The translations under genes and the position numbers were made by a program. The notes beneath the pieces were generated by a model, which searched no databases, was not told the DNA's origin, and saw nothing but the letters and a program-made list of their open reading frames with translations. From positions 1-64,000 of the forward strand of contig NW_005434464.1 in assembly GCF_000315625.1 (NCBI RefSeq): a stretch of DNA of 64,000 bases. The letters run 5' to 3'. Source of the DNA: Guillardia theta CCMP2712. Taxonomy: Eukaryota > Protista > Cryptophyta. Below are positions 48,866-61,829 of the stretch, piece by piece (within the stretch, counting starts at the first letter, position 1; every line of letters begins with the position of its first letter).

Positions 48866-49416
48866 TTACTCAAAGTTAAGTTAACTTGAAATGTGACAGC
48901 CTGGTGAGCTATTGTCACTGGCACAGCACGGTGACTCAGAGTCTGACGGTCGCAAGTTGCTTCGGATGAATCTCTAATGTTGAACTTAAACTCCGTATGT
49001 TAACTTGATCATGGCCGGGCGGGCCCCACCGTCACTGTGACGGTGGTAGTCCGACGGCAGTGCGGCAGCAAGCCCCGGGGCCGGGCCGCGGCCCGAGACT
49101 CAGGCTTCAGTCTACCGGCGGAGTCACGGCGGCACGGTAACTCCGAGCCTGGCGGCCGCGGCCGCCGCTAAGTCGAGTCCGATCACCGGGCCGGCAGGGA
49201 GTCCGGCGGCCGCCCGGCCCGGGTCGGACTCCGCCTCAGCCTGTGCCCGCTTACTCAAAGTTAAGTTAAAAATCAGTACGAGGACAATCTTGTTTTATTA
49301 GAGGCATCAAAATCATCTTCTTTACTCAAAGTTAAGTTAAAAATAATCAGTACCATCTTATTATTCATCAGTGTGGGTTCGCCCTTCACTCAAAGTTAAG
49401 TTAAAACAAATCAGTA
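48866..49416 (-). repeat. Four short copies of the retrotransposon 3'-terminal sequence (core ACTCAAAGTTAAGTTAA)
   Basis: Copies at 48866, 49251, 49322 and 49388. 49251-49289 matches 19734-19772 at 38/39. Confidence 0.9.
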
Positions 49417-50010
49417 ATAACAATGTCATGGGGGTGGGGGTAGATACCCCTACCCCTCGGCCTCTGGGGGCCCTGCAGACCTACTCCGACAAGCTTCATG
49501 GGCGGACGTATGTCAGGGGTGGGTCATAAGTGAAATGATGGCGATAAACCAATACCAATAACATTCATTTGTATAGTGGGGTGGTAAATCATGGGGGTAG
49601 GGTGGTGGAGTCAGGAGGAATAAACTTTGCACTCGGGAATCAGATGGGGTACTGTTTTGAGTAAAGACGAAAGTAAGGGTAGGGGTACTACAAATCGGGG
49701 ATCATACCCGTATGTTGGATATTAATAATTATTCATTTGACGGGTGGGTGTTGTCCACAAGGGGTACTGACGTTTGTCATGACAATCATATGGTAGAGGG
49801 TGGGGGTGGGGTCATCGCAATCTTGGTAGGCGGAAGGAAAAATGTCGAAGGGAGATATGCTGGGGCTTGAAACAGGTGAGATTGCGACGAAGATGAGCAA
49901 GAGCAGGGCTGTCTTTTGAAGATGAATGCAATGTTGCTAGCTTGCATGCTTGTGCCTCTGCTGTTCATACACCATGATGTTTGTTCTGATCATATCTAGA
50001 GGCATCCACT

Positions 50011-51325
50011 ATGCCTATGCCTCCTCTATGCCTGCCGAGCTTCCGTTTCCTAGATAACGACAACTTTACCGCAGGGTATCTGGGAAGACTCACGGCGTCT
50101 GAGGAAGCTGCTTTACATAAGATGAGAGAATTGTTTCCAACCGAACGTAAGCAATGATTTCTGAAGTTGTTTTCGATCTTTTGAGTTTATTTGATTTGCA
50201 AAGGATCTACCCAGCACATTCCGTTGACAGATGCTGACTTGCTCCGATTTTTGCGCGCCCGTGAGTTCAATTGCGACAAGGCTGCTACTATGCTCAAGAA
50301 CACCATGTGAGCTCATGGAGTGGCGACTCATCTCTCGGGCTTGTTTTTACGTTGAGGTCTTCAGAGAGTGGAGGAACAAAATAAAACCATGGGAAGTCAC
50401 GCTCGAGGCAAGCCTGGTTTCATCCCAATAGCCGTGGATTAATTCGTTTTTGTAGAGTGTACGATATGTCTATGATATGAATGCTGCACACTTCCATGGC
50501 CGCGATTCTCAGGGCAGGTGATTGCAAAAGGTCTATTTTTTTCATCCTGATTGCGTTGTAAGGCCTGTTTTGTGGTTTCACTCGAAACACCATGACCCAG
50601 ATTTCTGTGAGATTGCAATCAAGAATTGTTACTACATGATCGAGAAAGCAATCTCTGGTGAAGCTTGTGGTTCATGCCTTGTTGATGACGATCGCCTCAG
50701 AATTGAAAGAGGGGCAAGAGGCTGTCTCTGTGGTCTTTGACCTGAACGGTTATAGCAAAGTAAGAGTGTTGTCACCATTGACTCAATTCTGACGTGTCCT
50801 GCTCGAATGATTTGGCGTGTCTGCTTGCGTTTGATTTTCAACTCTTGGTCTCAAAGAGAAACCGAGATGCTAAGTTTGCATGGAACGCGATATCAGCACT
50901 TCAGAACTATTATCCAGAGAGGATGGGGCTTTGCCTTGTTTTGAATCCTCCCTCTTTCTTTTGGTTGATGTGGCGTGTGATCAAACCATGGCTTGCTCCT
51001 CGCACAGTGAATGTAAAAGCTCCTCTGCTTTACCCTACCTCGTTGCTGAAGTTATCACAGAAAATCGTCTTTGTTGGAGACGATTACGCTGAGAAGATAA
51101 GACAGTACTTTTCAGATGACACGATCCCCAAGGTGAGCGATGCATGATTCACGTTCGCAATGACGACAATGCTCAGTGTCTTGGAGGAAAGTATGACTTG
51201 GAGCCAGAAGATTGGATCAAACAAATTTATGGCCCCGCGCCTCCAATGCCGAAAAAGAACGGAAAGGGATGGTTCTCGTGGTTTAAATCACATGTATTTT
51301 TCGAATCTCTAGAGTGCGGCTGATC
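50011..51325 (+). CDS. CRAL-TRIO / Sec14-like lipid-binding protein
   Basis: DADLLRFLRAREFN, FHGRDSQGRPV, VFDLNGYS, QNYYPERMG..LVLNPP..F...WRVIKPWLAPRT, IPKCLGG. Confidence 0.9.
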
Positions 51326-53521
51326 TGACTCTTAAAATGCAGGGGAACAAGGGGGGACAGGAGATGATCAGATCGGACTCGGTCTCGCTGGACGAGGCGC
51401 CCTCAGACGGTTCGTCTCCTTTCCGTCCCTGCATCTGTATGCTCACTTGGCCCCACAGCTGTGCAAGGATTCGAGGCGGACTAGGCAAACTCACACGGGG
51501 CACTCTGATTGCCAACTACTGCTGCTTCTGAGAGCCAAGCGGCATGACTGTCGGGCTTCTTGTGTAAATATGATGTTTGACGCTGACCCGACGCTCTCCG
51601 CTCAGCGAATACATCTGTCATGCTCTATAAGATATCGAATAGATGACAAACGATCCAACACACCGTTTCTCTAAGACGTAGTTAGTTTCCTTCCCTACGA
51701 TAAAATCTTGTCGCCACACCAGGAGGGAGGGCAGATGTTCATTGGGCACCTGTCAAGCATGACATGACAAGATGCTACGTCAAGCGGCAAGCCTGGCAGC
51801 ACCAGTTTGGAGGACAGCAGCATGGAGCCTCAAGGTACGGCGCTCCTGCGCGACCATTAACTCAAAGTCCGGGCCGTGACACATAAGGGGGAAAGGAGAA
51901 AGAGAAGTGAACGCGAGCGGACAAGGATTGAGCCAATGCCTGTCATGTCAACCCGGAGGTCCTGCGAACGGGTCACGCTGGCAGCATCGCCCTCATCATC
52001 CGCCTGTGCGAGCTCCTGAGGGGTAGATGCGGCGTCTGTCTGGCGGTAGAGGGCATCGAGGTCTTTCATCTCTTGTCGATCCAGCTCCCACTGGTTCACA
52101 CACTGCACAGACGAGTTTGAGTCCACCTGCTCAGCCGTCACATTGCAGAGGAGTAGCCGTAAATGCCCCCACCCTCCTTGGCCTGTGTGCTCGCTGCTCT
52201 GAGAGCTTTGCAAGTCGCCATCTGATCTCGCTCCTCTTGTGCTTCATCTCCTCAGCGCCATTGTCGTATGTCTCCATCTATCGCGACAGCGTCAAGCGTC
52301 ACCTTACTTGCAGCAGCATGGCCAGTCACCTGCCCGACGGGGCTTTCGCTGTAGGTGGGGTATGACCAGCCGACCTGAGCAGCAAGAAACAACTTGTCAG
52401 GACCATAGATGGAGACAGGTGTGAGCTGCGGTGATGAAATCGTACGTGGCAGGAGAAGAGCATCAGGAGCGAGGCAAGCACGAGAATCTGACGTGCGCTG
52501 GTGGTAGATGTAACCGCGACACTCCTGCATGCAGTGTATTCTTCATCTGCACTATAGCGGCAACATCATCTTCTTACGTCCCATCGAAGCTTGTGGGAAG
52601 CTTTATGAGCATCATGACACCTGATGCACTAAGAAAACGACCTGTGTATGAATGAACTTCCAGGCTGCTGATTTGTAGAGTTTGCACAATCACCGACTCC
52701 TCGGACGACTCAGTTCAAAGTCAGTGCTATCCTTCAAGAAAGACTGCTCCCAGCAGATTCCCGGTTCAACATTAGGCTGACCGTTGCAGCCTGATAAAGA
52801 TCGTCCACCCGGCTACTAGTTCAGCACCGTGACACTGATAGGACAATCATCAGACCGTGGGACCATGATCCATCATGACACACGTGACAGGCTGGCAGTC
52901 ACTGGTGACTTGGGACTAGTACAGCAGGTACAGCCACTGTAGCCTGATAGCGGGCCGAACTTCGGAAGCCGCCATGATGCAGCCAGTGGTGACTGCGGCA
53001 GTGCAGCAGGATGATGAAAATCGTTGCTTGATGAAAAAACAATTGACTCTTTTTTAAGGCGCATGTTTGCCGGGTGACAGGTTCAAGTTGACCGTAACCG
53101 TGGCAGTGCGACTCGAGTCTCAGTCCCGGTCCGTCGGACCACCGCGCTAGCCTCACACGGCGGCAGTGACTCAGGCCCAGCCCGGCCGCCCCCGGCCGCC
53201 CGGTGCCCGGCGATGATCATCGGGCGCAGCCGGCGGCTCGGAGCCCGTTACTAGCCTACGACTCCGACGATCAGTGATTCCGAGTCGGACTCCGAGTCAA
53301 AGTAACTGTAACCCTGCCGGGCCGCCGGGACCGTGTCCGATACCGGCGGTATCGGACACGGAGAAGGTTACAGGGATGCCACCCCTGACAAGGTTCAGTC
53401 TCTGCTCAGTTCAAGTTCAATCACGGTCTACTGTCAACGGCTCCGACTCACTGACTCAGCGCATGTCGCAGAAGATGCTGGAAATTCAGACTCGATGGGC
53501 ACTGAGTAGTCTGGAGAAGAC

Positions 53522-56389
53522 TTGAAGCAGGTTCAGACTTGCGCACACGGCAAGAGGCAGCAGGGCAATGACGTGGGGGCTCGAGACCAACTCTCCTCCT
53601 TCTCGCAGGCACAGGGGCCTCCAGGGGTCGTGAACCTCAAGGAAGTTATGAAGGCGATGAGCAACGACAGGAACGACGTGACGGCATGTCAGGATGCGTT
53701 ACATGAGCTCTGCAGACTAGCAAAGATGCCGATCAACGTGAAGGCGATCCGAAGCGAGGGAGGGACCCACGCAGTGCTGGAGGTGACGCTTGCGCATGAT
53801 GACTCGGAGATACTAGGAGGAGGGCTCGCGCTTCTCAACACCATCGGGTGGGACAAGCAGCAGCGAGCAACAGACAAGGTCAAGGCAGTGCTGGGTGCCA
53901 TGCAGAAGCACAGGAATGATGTGAAGATACAGAGAGCAGGCCTCGAGGCCTTGTGGCAGTTGCTGGGGCCGTCGGAGAGGAATGTACGTAAAGAGCAGAG
54001 ATTGCACTGGAGACTCGAGACATGGCTGGATCATGTATTGCACCATACAGGGTCGTGGAGATTGCGGAGAGCAGAAGCAGAGCTGCTTGAAAAGATCGTG
54101 AGAGATGACGAGATACGGAAGGAGATTGGTGCTACAGCAGGGGCAAAGACTGTAGTCGAGGCCATGATGGAACACAAGAACGATGCAATCGTGCAGCGAT
54201 GTGGGACAGAGGTTCTGGGAAGGATCTCACAAGAGGATCAAGGGTGGAAGCTCTACTGAGCTCTACTGAGCTGCCTCGCGACGAAGGCGAGAAACCGAGC
54301 AGAGGGAGGAGTAGAGGCGTTGTTTGGAGCCATGCGCGAGTATATAGGAGAGGTGAAGGTGCAGAAAGCCGCGTTGACGTTGTTTGAACGGCTTTCACTC
54401 GACGAATCCGGATTGTTTGGGCGTACGATAAGACTAGCAGGCGAAGTTGAAGCAACTCTTGAAGCCATGAAGGAACACGTGGATTCACTAGATGTACAGC
54501 AAAGTGGACTGAAGATACTCGAATGTTTCTCTAAGGATGAGGACGGGCTGAGAGAAATCTTGAGCGCGGGAGGCGCCAAGATCTTGACCTCGTCCTTGCA
54601 AGCGATGGAAAAGGACGATGAGTGGATGCGGGCAACAAGAGTGAAGCTGCTCGACACCTTGTCGCTGCATGAGGAGGGGCTAAGACAGATGCGGGCAAAC
54701 GAGCTGATAAAGGTGGTTGAAAGCCGTAACTGCCATTTGAAAGGTGATTCGTATGAGCAAATATTCTTGATTCTTTGCCGTCTTGCTTCATACAAGTCAC
54801 TCTCGACAGGAATTCCAGAGATGATCTTGAAAGCCATGCGGACCCACAAGAACTGCGCAATGGTGCAGCGATTAGGCCTTGGAATGCTCTATAAAAATTC
54901 AGCATCCCTTGAGATGAAGAAGAAAATCTTTGAAGCAGGAGGATTAGAGGTGGTGATGAAAGCCCTTCGAAGGTTCGCTACCTTGAATGTGCAATTCATT
55001 GGGATTCGTGTGCTCAGTGAAATACTTGAGTTGAAGGAGGCGCAGAACAAGTTCATGGCAGCTGGAGGGATCGAAGCTGTGCTGAAGTCAGTGAGAGAGA
55101 GATGGAACTTATATTATAGTCTTGTCTTACTCTTGAGGCTCGTGCAAGATCAGGAGGGGCGAAGAAAGTTCCACGAAGCAGGAGGGAGGGAGGTGGTTAT
55201 ATCAAGCATGAGTGACGACGAAGAGCGAAACGCCTTGGTCATCCTTAGCTGCGTGGCGACTCGGAAGAAAAATCGACCTCAGGGAGCGTGCAAGAAGGTG
55301 TGCGAGAGGTTCTTTATGTCGCCTCATAAAACCGACGGGTATACCGGGGCTCAGATTGTTCAAATCGTGCTAGGAGCCATGCGAGAGCATCGAAGAAACG
55401 GGCGAGTGCAGTTAGCAGGGCTCAGGTTCCTTGGACATGAGCTGCATATTAACAAGAGTTGGGTGGCGGTGATCAGGCAAGCAAAGCTGAGTGTGATGCG
55501 AGTAATGCGAGAGCACAAATGCAATCTTGATGTACAGAAGGAAAGTATGGGCATTCTAGTGAAGCTCTCAGAGGGTGCGAAGAAAGAGGAGGAGGAGGAG
55601 AAGGATGACCACGACGACGACAAGGAGGAGGAGAAGGAGGAGGAGGAGGAGGAGGAGGACTCCAAGAAGGAGGAGGAGGAGGAGGACAAGGAGGAGGAGG
55701 AGGAGGAGGAGGAGGAGGAGGAGGAGGAGGAGGAGGAGGAGGAGGAGGAGGAGGAGGAGGAGGAGGAGGAGGAGGAGGAGGAGGAGGAGGAGGGGCAGAC
55801 AAATAATAGGGCACAAGAAGAGATCGAGATGGCTTTGGCGCTATTGAAGACTGAGGACCTGGTGCTGCCGATCCGGGCCTTTGAGCTCTTGACAAACATT
55901 GCAACGGACGAGGAGGGGAGGAGGGAGATCAAGGCGGCTGGCGGAGTCGAGGCGGTGCTGTCAACTCTGACGGCAGGTCCGACCGTTAAGATTTTAGCGA
56001 GTTGTATCCTACTTCTCGCTGCCCTCGCGACAGACGAGAAGAATCGTCCAAGGAAAGGAAGACAAGCACAGCAGCTGATGAAAGCCGCAGCTGCAGTGAT
56101 GCTGGAGTATCGAGACGACCCCAATGTGCAGGAGGCAGCGCTAACCCTGATCTACCGAAAATATGGGGATGAAATGTTCGGCATAGGGATTGAGGCAGAC
56201 ACAATCCCTGCAGTCGTTGCGACTTTGAAGAGGTTCCCCGTAGCTACCGACATGCCCCACCATCCTCTTGAACTCTCCATCCCTCGCAAGCAGCTCGCGA
56301 GGACTCCCGTACTCGACGACCTGCTGGCACGTTTCAGATTCCCAAGGAATGGGAGAGAAGGAACGGGCCTGCCCCTTGTTCAGGACTAG
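53522..56389 (+). pseudogene. Armadillo-repeat protein with a poly-Glu tract and one in-frame TGA at 54257
   Basis: Recurrent AM..H.....VQ..G...L and AGG.EAV motifs. ORFs 53522..54259 and 54320..56389 share a frame. Confidence 0.65.
55586..55792 (+). repeat. (GAG)n microsatellite encoding poly-Glu
   Basis: Long GAG run. Confidence 0.95.
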
Positions 56390-56414
56390 GATGCAATCCT
56401 AACATGAGGAAGTG

Positions 56415-59400
56415 TTAGAAGGAGAGCAATGGCGATAGTTGTCGCACCGCAGACAAGACAGTCTCCAGTCTGTGAGCTATCTTGAGGACCGTTCGTCCCT
56501 TGGAGGCCTCCTGAAGCGCTGGAATCAAGTTAGAGGAAGCGGGTGGGTGGGAGGGAGCGGCACCTTGTTGAATCAGAAATTCACTCTCGTGGTCGAGAGA
56601 GCTTGTGGCCTTTGATGATGAGATGAGAAGGAGAAGAGGAGAAGAGGGAGAGGTTGATGGCAGAGGGAGAGGAGGGAAGCACAGGAGCAGGTGCAGGAGC
56701 AGGAGTAGGGAATATGCGGGAGGGATAGAGGAGGAGGAAGTGGTGGTCGAGAGGTGGAGACGGGAAGGGGAGGACCTCATCGAGGATAAGAATCTTCGGA
56801 TCTTTGATCAGTGCGCGAGCTAGCAACAGAGTCAGACTGCTTTCAAACGTTTCTCTCTATCCTAGATTCTTTTCCTCCATTAACTTCTTCGTAAACTTTC
56901 TATTTCCTCTACCATACATCCCTTCCTCTCCCCACTGCCTCCCAAACTCACCGATGGCAATTCGTTGCTTCTGCCCTCCACTGATTTGAATCCCACGATC
57001 CCCGACGAGAGTCTCGTAGCCATGAGGAAAACTATTTGAACCTTCTAAGACCTCGGACGAAACTTTTCCTGTCTCTCACCGACTGACAAAGTCGTCGACA
57101 TGCGCAGCTTTTGCGACAGCTACCACCTCCTCGTCCGTTGCCGCCATCTTCCCGTACCTGGCAGATTCTGATCTAAGAAGGAAGGCAAGCACATGTAGCA
57201 GAACTTGATGTTTTCAGCGATGGACCCACTTAGCAGAGCTGCATCCTGTATTGATTGTGAGCTTGCTCGGAAACCGCCACACCCACAGGGAACCTGCGGC
57301 ACAACTCCAACGATCGTTCGCAAGGCGACAGGAGACATTCTACTGATGTCCATCCCATCGATGAGAATTTTTCCGCTCTGTCTCGCTCTCTTACACAAAC
57401 TCGAGACTCTCGCAGCCATACCTGAGGGTCGTACAAGCGAGTCAGGAGGACACCTAAAGTACTCTTGCCGCTTCCCGAGCTACCGACGACTCCGACGACC
57501 TGCCAGTCAGTCACGACAACATGAGAGGGTGTAATGGTGAAGATGGCGAGTTGCCTGGCCGGCCCCGACAGAAAGTGAGATGTTGTTCAGTATCTTGACA
57601 TCGCGGCTGATCACGAAAACTTTCAGTCGTGCAAAGTTCGGGTTTAACGCACGCGTACCTGGGGTAGCTGAAGCTTACATTCTGAAACTCAACTTGCCCC
57701 CTTATGCTCGATATGTTTACATCTTCCCGATAGAACGTCACAGAAGTTACACATAACACTTGCAAGCAACCATCATGTTTCGCTGAAGCCGGGGCCTGAT
57801 TGTCAATGATCTTGCAACATCATCTTTCAAAGAAGAGTTCTTCTAGCAACAGCAACCAATCACCTCAAAGATCCTTTTGGCTGCCCCATCCGCCCTCATG
57901 AAATCTGCATAAACTGTCCCCAACCCTCCGAAATTGAATCCTGTCAAGACGAAGTTTATGAGAAACAACAGCAGATTTGAGAGCAAACCCGTGAAGATCG
58001 AGTATAGCAGGAACGACGTCAAAGCTCCTGCTGTCATGTGGCTGGACAGGACAAGGTGCCCGCCATATCTGTGTGTACACTTTCTCATAACAAGAGGGGA
58101 AAGCAAAGATTGCTCTTGTCACCCGAGAACTGCTGCCAAAGAAATGTTCGAGGCGATGTGAATCGACGATCCCATGAGCGAGTTTGCTATTCCTACACTA
58201 ATCGATTGATCCCTGCAAAAACATTGCTGGAGGTAAATGCAAATCAAAGTTCGAACGGTAAAAGCACCTTGACAAATCGACCAACTCCTTGTATTTGTCA
58301 GTTTCATAATCCTCTCTAACAAACTGAAAAAACAGGCATCACAATAATCGCATCGCGTGAGGGATACCTAAACCTGCCGTACAAGTCTGATATTCGAAAA
58401 AACTTCCTCTGCTTTTGCAATCGAAAGTGCCAGCGTGTCTTGAACCTGAGAGATGAACGTGTTCTAAGAGGAAAATTCTACATATTTCTGATCACCTCAG
58501 ATTGTTTCTTCTTCATGAAGCGGCCGATAGCAACAGCAAAGATTGCACCGCAAGGCAGAACCTGATCTGCAAGATGAGAACAGCAACAGCCTTGATTATG
58601 ATGCACCAGTAGTGAAACAAAGGCCAGTTGTGGGGAAGTGTAAATCATCATACCGACTGAACCAATGGCCATTCCTGAGGACATTGTTGGAACCACGATA
58701 CAAGTCAAGAATACTTTGAGCGCAGATAGATAAGGCGTGTTCTTTCACCTCCAGACCGCAAAAGGTTGGTGATGTTGCTGGTGATTGCTTTCTGGACAAT
58801 CTGGACATCTCCTGATAGTCTTCAGAGCAAAAACATCCATCAAATCTTCTTGGAATCGTGACAGTGTATTCAGACCTCCCAATAAGTTCTCCAGTACTTC
58901 TGGTATCAAAGAAGGAAGTATCGTGCCGCATCATTGCAGCAAATGTCTCCGTGCGCAATCTGACAAATTCCCGTCTTTGACATCTGACGAGGATCACGCA
59001 AGAAAAAGTGCAGCTCACCTGGCAGCAAACCTCTCCCCCGATATTGACATCAAACTGTCTCTGATCGACATGAATATTCCCTGGTTGCAGCACGTCATCT
59101 ACCAACAGCACTGCATTATGAGCCACCTGGATGAAGAAAAGTCCAAACAATGCTCCCGCAACCAAGAGCGGGCTGACCTGATCTCACTATGAGCAACTGG
59201 ATGACAACGACACAGCATACGGATGAGTTGGCGTTGGTGGAAATGTCAATCAGCTGCGTGGGACGCGAGCGAAAGTAGTGAAGTTAAGGAAGGATAAGTT
59301 GCCAACATTCAGTAGATCTCGTACCTGACCAACTGCAGAGGGAAAGAAGAGAGTGATGGGAGTAGTCAAGAGCAATGTTGAGAGCGCGAGCGAAATCGTT

Positions 59401-59897
59401 TTCATCTCAGGGCCTAGAAACTGTCAGAAAGATCAAAAGAGAAATATGCACAAACCTAAATACTGAGATAGTCGACGCATGAAGCCTGACGGTTTTCCAA
59501 ACCCTGTTGCTATCTTTGGACTGTTTGTTCTCACAGAAGTTATAGAGCTCAATGTAGATCTTAAAGCTTCTTTGATGATTGATAGAGTGTTTTGGTAGAT
59601 GTAAGTCAGCTCCTGCTGTTCTCCGTGACGTCGATCTGGACCGACCGATAATTGACGACGGCAATGGAATGTAGAGGCAGACTGATGCGGCAGAATGGGG
59701 GTTGAATACCTCACCCTGGTTCTAACACAGATACTGAAAGCGCCAATGGAATTGGCAATGAAGGCCTTTGGTGGGTTCCAGGTCGAGCAAGGGGTCTGTA
59801 ATGGCATAGCATACAATCGAAATATTGATGGGAAGCGACCTTTTCTAGTGAATGAACCCACTAGAGAGAAAGCACACGGTTTCATAGCGTTATGCAT
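56415..59897 (-). CDS. ABC transporter B-family half transporter, mitochondrial ABCB10/MDL1-like (many introns)
   Basis: [33 protein letters not shown], Walker [47 protein letters not shown]. Confidence 0.88.
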
Positions 59898-60642
59898 CTG
59901 CGATTCAGATTGAAATCCTCAACTTTTCCTCTTCTGTTCCTATCTCCAATGCAAGATGATATGACTGTCTTCGTAGTATCAAGACTGTTTACAGCACTCC
60001 TCCTCCTCCTCCTCCTCCTCCTCCTCCAACTGTTCTCCCTGGGCTCTGCATTGATCCCTCCTCCCCACTCATGGAGGCGCACTACCCACCCCTGAATTGT
60101 TGCATTTGAATATGATGGAACCAGGGGTACTGGTAGAGATTTCAAGACCTTCATCACCACCTACCCTATACTTACATATTCCACGAAGGGGTAGGGGTAG
60201 TCTAAACAATGGTAGTAATTTTACTTATTGCGGACTGATAACCCCTACCCATCATTTCAATTTGAAGTGGGAGGGTGGGGTGATCGAGTTGTTTTGGCGG
60301 GAGTAGAAGCCACAAACTTTTCGACGCATGGCTTGTGCAGCAGGGCGCGACAAATGGCATGCAAGAGAAGAGGACTGCAAAGTCACATGCAAGACTGAAC
60401 AATGCGGGATAGGATTTGTTTGATACAAGAAGCATATTTCTTCTTAATTGTTTTCAGGTAAAAGTATCTGCTCTTTCGAGATTTTTTAAGTGTAACAAAC
60501 AAAAACGTGCGGAGCAAGGAAGACATTCAATGCATGTGCTTGACGCAAGTTGGAATTGCTAGTAAACCAAAGATGTGATGATGATCTAGAATGCTTCTAG
60601 CTCAGGGTTCTTATACTTGTTTCTTTGGAGCCTGGACAGAAA

Positions 60643-61622
60643 ATGCAATGCAATTATCCCTCCTGCCGTTCGGATATGACTGGAACGGAATTCTTGATCA
60701 CCTCATGCGGTACGAAATTCCAAATGTTCCGATACAAGATCTTGTAATGATTGTGTGTGCGTGGGTTTAGGACATGCTTTTTGTTCAACATGCTCCGATG
60801 CGATATTACGCAATGCAAGATGCACTTTTTGTGAATGTTCCTTATCCAATGAAGACGTATCGACATGCGTTCCAAATATCCGAGGACAGAACTCTATGGC
60901 ACTTTGCGGGTGGGAAATGTGTTATATTCTCTTTCAAAGTTGAGAGATGATTTTAGCTATGATCCCTCAACCATTCTTGCATTGAGTGCAAGGTTTTGCT
61001 TTGTCAAACTTGATTTAAGAGGAATTGAAGTTTATTCAGAGCTCTACAATTTTGGGATGACCAATCTTCATTGCGCATCCAAGCAGAGCATGAAAAATTT
61101 GATGACCTTGGCAAAAAATATCAGAAGCTCAAAGCTACTATGACAGAAATGCATGCAAAACAGGTGACAGTAGATGTACAAGCAGTACGAGCTCTGCAAA
61201 CTAACAGTTGATTAAGGTCTCTGCCGTGAATATATTGCAAGCAAAGATCAAAGCTCTGGAAAAGGAACTGGAGGTAGAAAAGAATTCAAATATCGGACTG
61301 CATACGAAGTTGCAACATGAAGCGAGACAAAAGAGAAGGTTAGAAGACGAGTGCGCCCTTCTGGACCAAAGGAGATGGATGCGACACAATTTCGTTGGTA
61401 AACTCACATCATCCTCATCGTTCTGATCATCACTGTTATCCCTCGTATTCTTGCAATCTTAATCATTGTTGTCAAAGTGATCTTTTCAAATGATTTTTTA
61501 TTTCAGCCACAGCCCTCCGACCAAAGGCAATTGAAGCTGGCAAACCTACAATGATGACCAACAACACCAGTGACAACATGCAAGGGCAGGGAAACCCCGT
61601 TCGATCATTCAGGCCCAACTAG
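60643..61622 (+). CDS. HEI10: HEI10/CCNB1IP1-like meiotic RING E3 ligase
   Basis: Spliced MQCNYPSCR...ITSCGHAFC..C...CTFCECSL...MALCGYDPSTILALSARALQFWDDQ followed by a coiled coil. 3' end is uncertain. Confidence 0.75.
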
Positions 61623-61829
61623 TCACAGGAGCGAACTCAGCAGGAGGAGCAGGAGGAGCAGGAGGAGCAGGAGGATAGCATGCTGAGCGTGTTTAGATAA
61701 CAATCTTCAGTCTGTGTTCTATTCACCAGCCCGATCTGAATTCACCTCCACCCTACCCCCTCAATTGACCCACATGACCCCACCCTTGCATACGCTCACC
61801 TTCTCCCCTCCATTGGCGTCTCCGACGGG

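Noticed and set aside
48866-49416. CRISPR array
   Set aside because: Repeats vary in length, first spacing is irregular, there are no cas genes, the context is eukaryotic, and the repeat matches the retroelement end.
51700-53060. Probable minus-strand multi-exon gene (also one at about 39950-41050)
   Set aside because: Could not assemble a consistent model or recognise a domain
27940-54259. Programmed UGA readthrough or selenocysteine at the two similar in-frame CTxxACTGA stops
   Set aside because: Each stop is explained by a local insertion or duplication. No SECIS was recognised and neither position aligns with a Cys.
55360-56124. Poly-Ser, poly-Pro and poly-Arg ORFs
   Set aside because: Alternative frames of the GAG repeat
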